Assembly: GCA_965655095.1 (NCBI GenBank)
Contig: OZ296653.1
Location: 44,516,001-44,580,000, forward strand
Direction: 5' to 3'
Source of the DNA: Haplodiscus bocki
Lineage: Eukaryota
DNA length: 64,000 nucleotides
Shown: positions 1 to 14,300 of the stretch, in pieces
How positions within the stretch are numbered: position 1 is the stretch's first letter
How the letters are laid out: each line of letters starts with the position of its first letter
Position numbers and translations under genes: made by a program
The notes under the pieces: generated by a model
What the model saw: only the letters and a program-made list of their open reading frames with translations
The model's database searches: none
What the model was told of the DNA's origin: nothing

Positions 1-3000
1 ATATTAACAAATCTATGAGCAACAAATCTTTAAAAAGCAGAGACAATCAAACAAATAGAGAATTAAGATCAAAAGTTTTCAATTTTGATAATGGTTCGTA
101 GCAGCTGTTTTGTATGAGCGTTCTTGAGGTTCTGATTCTAACTTTGGGTCAACTAAGAGTCGAGATTCTCCTGGTTGAACTGCTGATCGGCGGCCAACCG
201 CGGTGCTTAGTCCATTGAGGTCATACCTGCAACTACCACAAAATCAAATATCAAAATAAATGAACAGCTCTTTACAAGATATTACCATGCCATCAATCCA
301 AAAATAGCACCTTTTTGAACATCAAAAAAAGGATGCATCGAAAAATGATGAGACGCAATTTTCCGTTATGACAGTCTGAATCAAAGCAAGTCGGTAGAAC
401 CAAAGTAGATGAAACATGATTTTATGCACAGGAAAGGTCAGGGACAAAGATCTTGGTGATTTCAAAAACCTCAATGGAATGGTGAAGATATTTAAGATAT
501 CAGCTAACAAGTTTAAAAAAAGCAAGGAAAATTTCATGTCATTACGACTTGTTCACTCTCTAACTCGTTTAATATTGTTAATTCATGATTGAGTCAGAAC
601 TACAGAGCAAAATTTGTGATGGGAAAGGTAGTTTTGGATTATGTTCACAGGCATTGGAATACTATTAATGTTTGGTGGTTATTAATAGCGTCTTGGGACC
701 AACTATGATTTCCGATGGAGGGTTAATGGCAAAAAGCAGTAGATAACTTAGCATAGAAATTATTTAGATATATGTTCATATTATACAAAAAATAGCATAC
801 ATGAATTCTTTGGACTAAGAGTGGCCAAATTCCGGTCAAGTTGCTTCGTCTTGCTGTCTTTCGAATTTCGATGCGATGATCGTTTTTATTTAGAGGCAAT
901 CGCTTGCTTTGATTAAACTGGTCAAATTTTGGTCTTCGTGAGCAACGTTTAACCACTCGCTTGTAGTGCAGCTGGCTGATCCGAACTCTGGCTGTATTAA
1001 TTGTTTTGACCAATCAGGATCTAGTACAGTGCTTGCACGTCGATTGAGTGCTAAAAACATTTGTTCGAACCACCTTTTCGACTGATGCTACCGCATTTGT
1101 TAAAAGTATGGATTTGACACATCAATAACTTGAAACATATGTGAATGTGCTAAGATTTATATATGTAAGTAGGATGTATTCTACAAAATGAAGGGGATTT
1201 TGTCCAACACCTATTTTCAATTGATTTTCATTATTGTTCTAGGCTTCAGATAGGGGCAAGAGATTTGCTTGTGTACCTGTGCAAGGACTTTCAAAAATAA
1301 CCGTGTATGGTTGACCGTCACACGCGGCATCCTGCGACAAGAAACGCGTAGGTTACTTGCAAGAATTGAAATAATATATACTAATTCGAATACTAAATGA
1401 AGCAAAATGAGTCAATTCTTCAGGAAGAAAATGTTTTGCAAATTGCCCATAATAATCTTTCATGCAATATGGTCAGTTTGGAAGAAAGACTTGTTGGTTT
1501 TGAAACGAAAACAAAAAACTTGGAGTCAATTGAATTAATCATCATTTATCGCAATTTTGGTTGAAAAACAAAAAAAAGCATAATTCCCTGGGAAAGACTA
1601 TTTTGTAGAAGTAGGATTTGTAGTGGGAGGAACATTAATCTTTCGCATCTCGTTATTTTCCGAATTATTCGTTCCGTTGTAAAAACACCAAAAACTTTTC
1701 AGGAATTGGGTTCTCAAACTTATTGGTTCCAAGCTCGATCATTTGACCTTTCGTAACTTTTAGGACCGATGTTGACTTTGCAGGAAAAATTTCCGTGACC
1801 CTGCATGCTTTCGAACTAACTTTTTAAGGTTTTCCACGATTTAGGCGGAAACTTACCTGCTTTTGTTTTAACTGACACATGCAAAATTTTTAGGGTTCTT
1901 TTGTGAATCATGGAAAACTTCATAGAGTTTTGTCTGAAACTTTCGAAAATTCACTGCCAAGGCTGCAATCTTATCTGAGACGATTTTGCAAAAAGACAGG
2001 ATTGTGCAAGAATTATAAAGAGGTTGCCATGCACGTTTCACAATTCACGTGCAGCCAAGTTTCAGTTATACTGACAGTTTATTCATTTTAAGGAGGTGTC
2101 CATTCTGACCACTCCAAAGTTTGATACGGAACATAGGTCAAGGTAAAAAATGAAACTTTAGGCAGTTTTCCACCATTTTTTGTACGCAAAAACACGACTT
2201 CCGAGAAAAAAGCCAGAAATGAGAACTTGGAGGATAAAACTAAAAATACTCTGCTCAAAACACAAAAGTTCTCCATGATTACAAGTTCTGGTCAAGGTAC
2301 GAACTCTACCTTAAGTTTTGCCACCGATTAGCTGTTGCTATATTGCTTTGGTAAAGCAGTGTTCAAAGTTTAATGGAAAACTAATGTTTTCTTCGCTTAA
2401 ACGTTCAATGAAAAAATTGTAAGAAGTCTTCATGTTGTAGGCAACTTACTGCAAGAATTTGTATGAACGGTTTGTCTGAAACTTCTATGCAGGATGCCCG
2501 AGTTTTTCAAAAAGTTTGCATCGATGGATGCAACATGCAAGTTTCCCCTGCAAGACGAATGGAGAGTCTTTTAATTTTAACAAATTTTGCCCAAAGTTTT
2601 CAGAGGTCTCATCAACGCTTCCAAAAAATTAAGCTCAACAATTTTTTTGCTCAACGATCTGCCTATCAATACTAGTGTACGATCCCATCATGGAAATTAA
2701 ACCAAAATCAACCAAAAATCATTGAGGAAACGCCAAATATCAAGACAAATTACGCTGGGTTTCGGGAACGGAAATTTTAACCCCGAGCAGTTAAAGTCAA
2801 AGTGATTCCAACAAACTATATCTGATATGCATTTAACAGATCTTAAACTGCCAAAACATTTTCAGAATTGTCACAAAGTTCATCATTTAACTGGACAAAA
2901 TCTTCATCTTTATGAAGTATTTAACGTCTAAAAAAATACCGGAGCAAGAAATCTTATTTTCTGAACTACCAAGCTAAGCGCATTGCTCAAGAGTAGTGAA

Positions 3001-3359
3001 ATTTCTATCCGTTCGCAAGTTACACCGACGTTCACAGTTAACCAACTTTTTGACGAAGACGAAAGTAGAACGGGCAAACATTGATCGTTTGTTTCTCTGA
3101 TTTTCGATTCGTCAGTTGTCTTACGGTTTTGACCTATCATGGGACACCTGTCAAATGGAATGGCATCGATGCTGTGACAAAACTGACAAAAATCTAAAAA
3201 CATGTTTTTTTGAAGTTTCTGAAAAACTTACTGGGTTTTCCCGACAATTGCGGAAAATTTATTCTGACACATAAAATTTCGAAAAGATAGGCTATCTAAA
3301 AATAAGCTGGGTTTTCGTACAAAGAAGACCGTTGAAAACGGCAAAAAAATGAGAGACTT

Positions 3360-4420
3360 GAGCAGTCCGGGGCCTGCAAAGGAGCTCTCGAATACTTGAA
3401 AATCGTGAATTGTTGGGATTCCTTCAAATGACTAGTCGTTGCTTTATTTGGGTCTCTTCATCAGACGTATTCTTTTGAGAGGTCCGAAGTTTGGAAACTG
3501 GGATCTTGGCTGGCCTCTCTAAGGAAGGAGTTCAACCTATAATGTTGTACTGTAAGTTTGAGTTGCACCTGTTTTGGAGGTTCGTATAAATGCTCTATTT
3601 GATTATTTTGCTTCGGCAAAGATCTTTTTTTTTCACCACTGACTTAACCCATCTGCATTGAAATGCAATTTAGATTGAGTGTGTTTTTGTGCTTCTGAAA
3701 ATTTAGTGCCATTGACACCTGTTCCCATATGGGTCAAAATTGGCATTGCATACGTAGTGAACCACAAGACTTTAAGTTCAATATTTTTTAAGTTGATATT
3801 TTAGTAGGGAAGAATGGATTTTCCATGAAAAGGATTTTCCGTGGAAATTTTAACTCAACCATGAAAAGTAACTTTTGACCAACTGGCTCATTTTAATAGT
3901 TTAAAATCCGCTACTTCGGTAGGAGAAACCGCCATTTAGAAATTGGAATTTTTTGCTTCAAATTGCCGTTTAGAACTCTTGCAAATGTTTCGCTAGAGGG
4001 TAATGCTAACTCCATTGGGTTTTAATTGGAAACTTTGAATGTTTTGTGTGTTTAGTGTATTCATTGTTAGGCCTTTTTTGCGCGGTGCATTTTAATTATG
4101 GACATGAAATCGATTGGAACTATTTTTAGGGGGTTAAATTGAAGTTTTCATATGTGTTTTTCTTTCCTGGCTCTGCAATCCCTAAGCTTTGTTGAATATA
4201 AAATCTTGAGAGCTCATGTCACTGAGGTTTTACATGTTTTAGAGGATTCACCAGTTTCATCAAAATTGAAATATCATAACAGAAACTACTCCACATTGCT
4301 CTATAGGAGTTTTGATATTTGAACATGGGTATCTAAATTAATTGCCCATTCACTCTTTTCGTTCACGTGGTGCCATTACGCGGTTTAGCATAGCTTATGG
4401 AAATGTGATCAGACATTACC
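3360..4420 (-). mobile_element. Highly decayed retroviral-type integrase remnant
   Basis: Minus-strand P..KIVPIDF-like (~4110) and FESSFAGP (GPY/F-like, ~3370-3395) in the expected order. Confidence 0.3.
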
Positions 4421-6564
4421 CACGTACAAAAGTTCGTATAATACAAACAAAATCACGCATGCACTCTGTTAATATGGAGATAAGTCAGAGGCCTTGAATC
4501 GGGGCTGAATTCCTTACAGCAACCTTAATTTAGCATTAATTCAATCCAAGTTTTTGCTTTAGTTTGCCTCGGTTAAACACATTGTATCGTACTTTGCTCG
4601 ATCAGCCGGGAAATTTCCGATACCTGAATAAGCCCGAATGATTCAATTATGCAATTGGCTTCAGCTCATTTCCATTCTCAAACCATTGGGGTTCGAGTTA
4701 TTATGTGAACAAACTAACCAGCTGACTAACTAGTTGACTAAATTCAACTGCATTTTGTTGTAAGATTTTCAGATTGATCACCAAATAAGGTCGTCTACTT
4801 CCATATCTTGTTAGGTTGGGTTGAATATTGGCCCAATATATGCTAAATTTAAAACTTCTATTGTAGACTTTTTAATGCATAAAGTTTGACATGATAAGAG
4901 CATGGAAAGCATTCCTACAAGCCAAACAATGCAAAAGTCATAGAAAGATAATGGCAAACTGAATATAGTTTCGAGAGTTGGAAAGGTCGTCATGTGTCGT
5001 TTTTAAACTTATTCTTTTGTCTCGATAAATGTCATAGCCTTCCTGTAGCTGGACAAAAGATTTGACCTTTTGATTGGATAAACGGGTTTTAACGCCAATT
5101 GAACTTTTGAAAATTCCCGGACTATCGAAAACCTGCTCATTCTTTTAAACATGATCTCGAAAACCCAAAATTATTACTTTGATAATAAGGCTACCAACGA
5201 AACTAGTCGTTAGTTGACGTCAATAATTCGAAAACCAACCAATTTTCGATACTTTTGACCGACCGAAACCGAAATGATATAGTAATATCGAAATCAATAT
5301 CTATCATAAATGGCAAGCGTTTGAATGTAGTTATACGGATTAAAAGCGTAAAAGCGTATTCCTTTCTTGACAATAATCTCAGTATAGTTGGGAGCTACTA
5401 GTGGTGAGTGGAAGACCATTAGAATGAAGCGCTGTGACTGAAGTTGAAGATCATGTTGATTTTTTTATTCGAAACTAATCGAAACAGTCGAGTAAGTATT
5501 GAAGTAGTAGGCTGTCGACATTTCAAATTTAAATTTCTGGATAGAGACTTTTTGTAAATTCAGATTGAAAACATTCATACTTATTTAGCGCGTTAACTCC
5601 TTTCCAGGAGAAAATTTGATTGAAGATGCGGTCCTCCATTGAGAGTGCTTCACTTTTCAGAATAAACACAGAGTGTACATCCAAGTACTTTTTTAGCAGG
5701 TATTAATTGGAGTTTCATGATTCATGTTGTAACTCTAATTGCCATAAAATAACTTATTGTCCGGGTTGAAGAGTCAGAGAGTTTCAATGAGTTTCATTCA
5801 ATGCTGTACATTACCTGGCAATCTCTCAACAGCGCTGGTTGATCTTTGACAGCAATGAAAAATGAATACTTGGGAGCAAAACAATGGACGCTGAATGGCG
5901 TTTTATCAACTCTGACTGATTTTCTCTGAAGTTTGGTGAATTTCAAAACATTTCACCTTATTACAACGTATCTTGATTTCGAGGCTAAATAAATTAGAAA
6001 ATTAGATTTTTGAATCAAACTATGATGAGAGACCAACTATAAAATTTTCGTTTTTCAATCTAGTTTTGGGGAATTCGGTTTGTGCTTTTATCACTTTTTG
6101 ACGACGTTATTTCATTCCGATGCGCTCATTGCCATACCTGGATATGTTCGAGATAGTTCAGAGCTGAGTCAACGCTGTTCACCACTGAAAACATAACTTT
6201 TCGGAGCGCAAAATATCAAGGCTCAACAACGCTGATTCAACGCATTGTGAAGTGTGTATTGGAGTTGTGATGGCTTCAGTAGTAGAAAGTCTCGAAAGGT
6301 ACTCTACTCCAAGTGAGATTACTCACCCAAGTTCAATGATAAGTCTCTTATTTCAAGCATGCGACTGTTGCTTTCCTACAAGTCAACAAAGGGCGTCTCA
6401 AGCGTGAGTTTGAAAGGAATGTCTTTAAAATTACAATGTAGCAACTAAGAGAACATTGAAATTCAGGAACAATTGAATTAGGAGTTGTAGTTTTTTCAAT
6501 ACTGAAATTAAGTATGCTAGCACAATCACACGGAAACTTTGAGAGCAGAAAACATGAATAGTAA

Positions 6565-8304
6565 TGTGGTGGCATGTTTGCGAAGCCATCGGGCAATTGT
6601 TGCCAGAAAAAAAACATCCCATGTCCATCAACGAATTAGAATGAGACTTAACGTTAAACTCTATATTTATCTATCAATTAAATGTTTTCACGTAAAAGAT
6701 ACGTAATTTCCACGTATTACTCTTGAGGAAATGTGTTCTTGTAAGTGATACGTAGTGTCCGCGTATCACTCCTTGGTGAATATATATTTTATGTAATTGA
6801 TACGTGCTGATCCAGACTGGGATGAAACCGCTACAGAACAAACGAATATTCACTTATTTTTCTACTCGCTTGTTTATATTTTAAAGCTCATATACTTATA
6901 TTTAAATTATGTACTTATTAACAAAAATCCACTTTCTCAACAAATAGAGCAGTAATTAAAATTGAAATTGACGACGTCAATCAGTTTGCTTAAAATAACT
7001 GCAAAAAATGAGCGTGACTTTCGAAGTGAACATTTGTTCCATACGTGTTCCGTCGCTACCAAACTTGTGACTTCCTCTGAATTCTATCCAATCCGCTGTG
7101 CTACTGAGCTGTGTCCTTTTGGCCACTTACGGAAGTGTTCCGTAGCCATCTTTTCGTTCATTTTAGCAGCACCCCAACGAGCAGTGCTGCAAGCTAGTAC
7201 GTAATCGTTCCTGAACACGTTAGTCAAAATGAGGAAGCAGCTATTAAAATTGAGGAAAAAATTAGGAAAAGATTAAAAACAAGCCTAGTTTTGCTCCACA
7301 AATGTACACTGAATGATGCCCAGTGGAATTATATGTTCATTTATAAAATTTAATCATGAATTTTTATCCTTATTTCAACCATTTTGATAACTTTCATCAA
7401 TTTTTTTCAAAAGAAATTTTTTGATCTGTTGTTCATATAAAAATTTAATGTGTCGGTGCGGGAATAAGCACCCTGATGTCTATTTGTGACGGATTAGGCC
7501 CGTACTTCCTCCGTCGACAGATGGAAAAAACTGGGTTTATGAGGGAAAAAACGGATGGAGAGCTGTTTTTTTCCTGCCCGAGTCGGCATTTTTCCCTTTG
7601 TAGTTAATATTACTAAAGTATTTTTCCCTATTTTCACTTCGACTTGGCGTGTAATCAAATATGTTTCCCGCCAAGGGAAAAATATAAATAGGAGAAACGA
7701 GAGTACCAATATTATGACTAATATGAATAATATGGTTGGTATTGCCAAACGTAATTCCTCTTTTAAAATACTGTTGACTGTCCTTCGATTCGAAGCTATT
7801 CCTCAAAAGAAAGGAAAGCCACTAATGTTTTGTACTCAAGGTTTCATTTTGAAGCAGAAAGATGTTTCAGTCCTCACCGCTGTTAATTGTTTGTCCCATC
7901 GATAATTGCAATTCTGAGAAAAAACCAAAAACTTGCAGCTCTTAGCAAGGAGAATTGTGAGTAACACCTTCGGAGCAACCTGGCACAAAACAAATGTTCC
8001 CAGATTATAAGAGGGTTATATCATTCAAATCTCTGAGAAAACTGGAAGTAGATTAAACAGGAAGCTGTCAAAAGATTTTTGTAGGACGGAGAGCCGCATT
8101 CTAGGTGCTCTCTCCTGACTTGGTGAGTTTCTTCTGAACCCACTAATCGAGGTTAACTCCGGAACCACTGCGAGACATCCTGGAACGCACTTGGCACAAA
8201 TCAGAAAACGAAATAAGACGGCTCTCAGAGTAATCTTCATCCTGAAGCAAGAGCCTCTCAGAGCCAGAGTACACAGGAGTTTGGCCAAGAAAATGCCTAC
8301 GACA
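6565..8304 (+). mobile_element. Older solo LTR of the same family
   Basis: Begins TGTGG and ends CGACA. Homologous along its length to rc(31816-33518), for example tgatccagact at 6808 and KLAALSKENCE*H..SNLAQN at ~7925-7990. The TSD is degraded (gtaa/gtat). Confidence 0.72.
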
Positions 8305-11300
8305 GTATTTTTGAAGTAAAAGCGCCTCTATAACAATTATCAATGAGAAAATGAACCAAAATTAGGCTGACGTCTTTTGGTGGTCTTAGTCTCCTGTTCA
8401 GACCATGTTATCATGTAGAGACAAGTTCACCAAATGTTCTGCTGAGCAAATTGATACCCTTGTTTGATACTCTAAAAACGATAATACCGTCTGTTTCAGA
8501 GAATTTATTTCTCAAGTAGAACCTCAGATCCGTGGTTGCTAAGACTGGTTGTACGTTTTATATGTGCACAAAAAAACTAAAATTTTTATCATCGGCTCAT
8601 AACGAAGATTATCTTTGAAAAAGTAAGTTTTCATCTTCTCATTTGTAGAAGAACGGCAAAATTGCCAAAATTATATTCTGAACAAGAATTTTAATTTTAT
8701 AAAAAAACTGAGTTAAATTTAGTTAAGTTATTTTTTTTTAAAGTGAAAGTTAAAATTGGTTACTGAAACACTTGGGTTGCATCAGCATCAAAAGAAGTTA
8801 AGGGTTAAACAAGAAAAAAATTATCACTGCAAAAAAAGTTGGAATTAAATCAAAAATTGAATGATTTCTTTGACTCACGTTTACTGCTCAAAGCTTTTCT
8901 CTGGGAATCGAACTGTCGTTGAGTGAAAGCGGCTCGGGTGAGCTGACTATACTTCTGACTTCTCGCTTGAGTTGAGATTTGAAATATCTGGTCCAGATTT
9001 CGGTTCCGCTTATTAGTTGAAGTTGCTGAATTTTTATGCTAAATTCTGTCCTTTCGTCAGCCAATTAGAATGGATCTAGCACAAGATTGGCAGCAAATAT
9101 GACATCACGTCACGTGATTGATTACATAACTTTGGAGTCGTCAGTGTTCATATTACTTTCATGCACATGACGTCGAATGACATCAGGTGACTTGAAGTTT
9201 TTGAAGGGAAATGCACGCCAAGAGATTATTGGCAACTCATAGCATCAAGTCTTTATAGAAAATGGACCTGTTCGCGGGTGCGCGAATACAAGTAAAATGG
9301 CAAAAAAAAATTTACGACGATAACTGGAGACATCTTTGAGCTAGTTGTATGGTTCATAGATTTGGTTTTGTCTGTGTGTTTGCCACATGTTGCACAGGAC
9401 ATTATCACCTTTGAAGAAGCACTGATCGGCGATGGTATAATTTTTGTTCTCTGAATTGGCTATGTAGATCGCTGAAAAACATCAAATTTACAATTCAGCA
9501 GTATTCGGCGACGAAAATCTTTGGGACGTCGCGTTTATAAATTGAAGCAAGAACAAAACGAAGCTTCACATGGTGACTCAGCACAGCCAGTTGCTCAAAA
9601 ATTACCTCATTATAAAAACTTAGCCGCCCAAGGAAATTTTTTTCGGATAACTATAGGGTCCCCTTAATCCTGATTGCGTTTTTCCTGACTTGGTCTAAAT
9701 GAAATCAAAAGCTCCCAGAATTTACACTTTTATAAATATATTGATGAAGGAACGAAGTTTTTTCGAAATTTTGTTATTTTGCGAGCTCTCACGCTAGTAT
9801 GATTGTCTTTATGGTCCTTCCAGTACTCCCGTGCTGATTGGGCGCGTTTTCGAAAGAAATGGACAATCCTTATTCGGGACGACGTCGCAAAATATCGTAC
9901 AAAAAAGCATTAAAAAAACAGAAACAGAGTAACATTATAAGTACTTCGCAAAGTTAAAATTTTCCAAAGTCCCAAAAAATATCCGTTGCAATTCAGTGAT
10001 TGCAAAGATGTTTGATAAGTTGACCGGAGATCTGATTAAAAGTATCGTTTACGCTATCAAATTTTAGTATTTTTTAAATTGTTCATCTTTTTATGCACTT
10101 ACATTTTGAGCTTACAAAGCGTCATTGAAGAAAAGGCACCTAAAGAACTAAAAACGGTTTTGTAAAATGCTGGTCATAAGAAGTTCGTATAACATGGTAA
10201 TCATTACAGCGTGCAAGTATAAAGCAGACATTGCTCATCAGTAATAGAGTTGAAAAGTTGGCAGCAGAAAACGATGTACAAATGTATGGTGGAACGTTCG
10301 TTTTAAATTTTGTGGTTTTTTAGTTGCTCTGACAAGAATTTTATCAAACCCCGAGAGTGGAGGTAAAGAAAAAATTGGAAACTCTCTTTTGAGGTGATGA
10401 ATTGGAAATTTGAAAAGATCATTTGATTCTACGTAAAATTTCAAGAAATCTTTATGCCTACCATTTCATCTGAAACTATACTTAACAATAAGAGTTAAGT
10501 ACCAGTCTGAATACTTCAAAGCTGAATTTTTTCACGCAAAAACTTCCTGTTTGCTTTTTGATCACATTTCCGTTACACTTAATGCAGTACGCATACAAAA
10601 AACTCTTTTTTGATTTTAAAAAATATCTGTGGATTGAAAATTGCATCACGGCCTTTTTTCATTTTCTGGGTTTGAAAAGTAGAAGATATTTCTGAAAATC
10701 TGCCCCAACACTTTTTGAATTAAAAGTCTTCGGTGCAAATGTCATTTCAATTTTTAGGGTTAGCAAAGGCAAAAGAAACATAAAAAGGATTAGGAAATAG
10801 GTGAAAGCAGAAAAGACTTGGAAATATGAATCTCACAACAAGTTTTTGGTCAAATGGATTGGCTGAGCCTTTTAAAATTCCACAAAGTTGCTTCTTTATT
10901 TTTACAGTGGTATTTTATATTTTTAGATTATTTTTAGGTTCTGAACTATATGGCGTTGAAGCAAGTATTGCGGAATGTTTCGAATGTTAATCAGGCATTA
11001 GTAGGCAAGGCGTCATCGGGCACTTTTCAGTTTAATTCTCTGGAAGTATTCACTAAAAGGAACGCAAAAATGAATATGAAAATGCAAAAAAAAACGCAAA
11101 GAAACAGTTCCGCGGCCACACAAAATTAATGTAACTAAAAACTCCAGGCGAAACCGAGGGGTGAGGAAATCCAATACGAAGCCCGGGACCAAGGAAAATC
11201 CCCTACGTCCTGCATATTAGTCAATTTTAAACCTCAAAATTCCGCGTGGGGAATCCACTACGAAATAATGTTAAAAACCAGAGCTTCAGGCTAAATCGTT

Positions 11301-11949
11301 CGTATGAACCCGAACACATCTTGTACAAACTTAAATCTCACTAGGTTATTCTAAAATTTAAAAGTTCTGCATTTTGGGAATGAAAAACAAAGGAGACCGC
11401 AACACTTTCAAAACAACCGGATAATGTAATGTAAATGATATACAGATTCAAGTTTCTTAATCTCAGATGTCTGCGAAATTTCGTCTCGCTCTTGTATGTT
11501 GTTCTTCATTAGCCTCTCAGACCAGGGTGCCTTTTTGGTGCGAACATGTTCTGAGAACGTCATTAAGGAAACTTCGAATTTTTTCACGTCATTCCCGAAA
11601 AAATCAAAGTGTCAACAAAAGTTTTGACGTGCATTGCCTTCGATTACATAACGTGAACAGATGGATTTTCGATGAAATTAAAAAACTCAGTTTGGAAAAT
11701 AGTAAAAGAACCTGATTCACTGTAATATACGCCCAAAAATTTCGTATCCTCCGTTTTTTTTGTTATTTGGTGACTTATTTGTTGGTATAAACGAGGTGGC
11801 GCTGCATCCAAAAGAGCTCCATTACAAGCCCCCCCCCCTGAAAAAGTTGCTCATATTTGTGAGGAAGATGTTGGAAATGATTCAACAAAGTCGCATATCA
11901 CTTATCAATCAACTGGCTTCCGAACGGTCAGATCGATGCTGTAAACCCA

Positions 11950-14300
11950 TTTAGCGTTCAAACAGTTACAAATTTGGGTAAGGATGAAGTAAGGAACCAA
12001 ACCAACTAAGTTCCTTACGTCATCGATGTAATTCCATTGGTGTAGACTTTTTTTGGTACTCTATTGGCCACGAAGACTGGTTAAATTTTGTTGTTTTTGA
12101 ACCACTGCAACATAGTCACCAAGTCCGTCCACAAGAAGATTCCAACAAAGCCCCAGTGATGTTTTTTGACCAGCATGTTATTTCAATCTTGTTGCTCTCA
12201 CAGCTGCAATTAAATCAAAACATGGTGTGTTATGATGGCATGTCGGAACAACCCGAGCGTTGACCATGGCAAAACTTACATGTCTGCAAACTACACCAGT
12301 GCTCACATCATATGCTACTACAAACAATGCGTCTTATCAAGCATCTCCAAAAATAAGTAGCTGAAATTTGTCGCCATGGGTAACTTTTTACCATCTGTCC
12401 ACAGCAGATGGATCACCTTCACACACTCTGACATCCAGATACTGGAAGACTGTTGCAAACTCTCTTCATTTAGTTTATCCTTTTGTTGTCTTAGAGTTTG
12501 CAAGACATGTTTCATGATCCCGCTAGCCTTTGGTTGAGAAACGGACCAGAACACCAAAAGCGTCAAAAAACTTCATACCTTTCTTTGAGTTCATTGTTGT
12601 TTCACATCAAAACAAACATGACGACAATTTTTCACTCCGTGACTGTGTGATAGTCATTCCGTTCCAGGTACCGTTGGGTTGTTTTCAGGTGGTTTTCCTT
12701 CTTTGGATGCATCTGGTTAGTTTAAAACCCATTTGTTTATATTGAAATTTCAATTCATAAGCAACTGACGTAATTGGTTTGACAGAGCCTTTGCTGTCTC
12801 GAAAGTGTTGACTGGAAGCAGTATATCAGCTATAAAGAAATTTGAAACGACCACTTTACCGGTCTACAGAAAATCCTCTGTGAATTTTTTTACTCACTGC
12901 TGAGGCTCAATGTTAGCACACGTTGATGATAATTTTTCTTGGAAACTTTGCCTCCTCTATCGCAATATTTGAATCTGTCCATCATGTTTTCTCCTTAAAA
13001 AAACAAATATAGTCTCTGTCAATTAATTCAACATCCACCCGGAGGCTTATTTCTACAAGGTCTATTGGCGAAGCAACTGGCCTCTCGCGGAACTTGAAGA
13101 TAATACCCCAAAGGCTCCGCAGTAGATCTCAACCAATCAGCAAGGCATCTTTCAAGGAAATCCCACGGAATTTGCTCGCACCAATGCAACCTGTTCGTAC
13201 TTTTTTTCATGTTTTTTATGGTTTAAGGACAAGTTGATTAGGAAAATGTCAGCAGAAGTTACTACAACTGGTCTCCATCATCTTCAAAATTCCAAACATA
13301 ACCGGTCTTCAGGTCACTTTCTATAATGTTTGAAAAATGCTTTCTTAGTTTTTTTTCATTGGGCAACTTTGTCTTTGGCAAAGTTAACCGACTCAGGGTA
13401 GCACAGACTTCGCTTTCCGGGCTCTCTGCATTCCATTCCAAAAAAGTCCCACACTGCTACTTTCGTCATTTTACAGAAACGATTCATTGAGTTGGGACAA
13501 AGCTTGCTTGTCGTAGCTGCTTCGATTAACCATTGAAACAACTGTTTTGTAGGACTCAAATCCCATCTTCGCTTTTTTTGCTTTACAGCAGCTGTCAATT
13601 TTTTGTCTTGATTCATGCAGTACATTAAGTAGCCTTGTATTTTCTCTGATGTGGGTAGTGGTCCAATAATGATTGAAGCCAGTGGCAACTTGTTTGGTAT
13701 ACTCACACAACCATTCTTGAAGGCAACCCGGAAATTACGGGGAATGCGACTTGTTCAAGTATAATTTGACGTCTACGAGACAAATGCCGTTCTGCCGTAT
13801 GAACGACAAAATTGTAAATTTCCTTGTTTGGTGGCCTCAAGTCATTCTTTTTTCCAAAAGCTAATTTCTTTTGACTCTTCACCATCATAGTAGATTTGTT
13901 GGCGGCGTTTTTTTCTGAGCGCGGCTTTGTTGTTTGCTCAATTGGCCCTGAAAAAGCGAATAACTGCGCATATCGACCACATGCTATGTCAATTCCTTAG
14001 CATCGAAATTGAGTTATCCTAACAAATCTTGTTCAAGCCATCTCTGTGAAGGACCAGTGTCATACAAAGCCATGGGATCTCCCTGAGACCAAGCACACCA
14101 TTTAATCTGAATGGAACTACTTGCAACGTTCGTGTTACGTTTTTTTGCTGATGTTTGCAATTTTTTTTTCTTGTTTGTGGGGTCGGCTGATTTTTCAGTT
14201 TTGTAAAGGAAGTAACAGTGAACTTTCTGACAACCATCATTCCAGCAATTACTTGATTGAATTTCTTTTGCTTAAAAACAAAATTGTATGTTGTTGGTTT
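11950..14300 (-). mobile_element. Decayed DNA transposon ORF, possibly Academ-type (XPG/PIN-like nuclease region)
   Basis: A run of minus-strand ORF pieces with VATG, QLFQWLIEAA..LCYPES, ADILL, LLVF..ASG and a Cys-containing tail, resembling the motif order in AcademX-type proteins. All are degenerate. Confidence 0.3.

Noticed and set aside
222-240. Possible PBS (minus-strand tggtagttgcagg) of an LTR element at the window start
   Set aside because: Poor match to a tRNA 3' end and no definable LTR.
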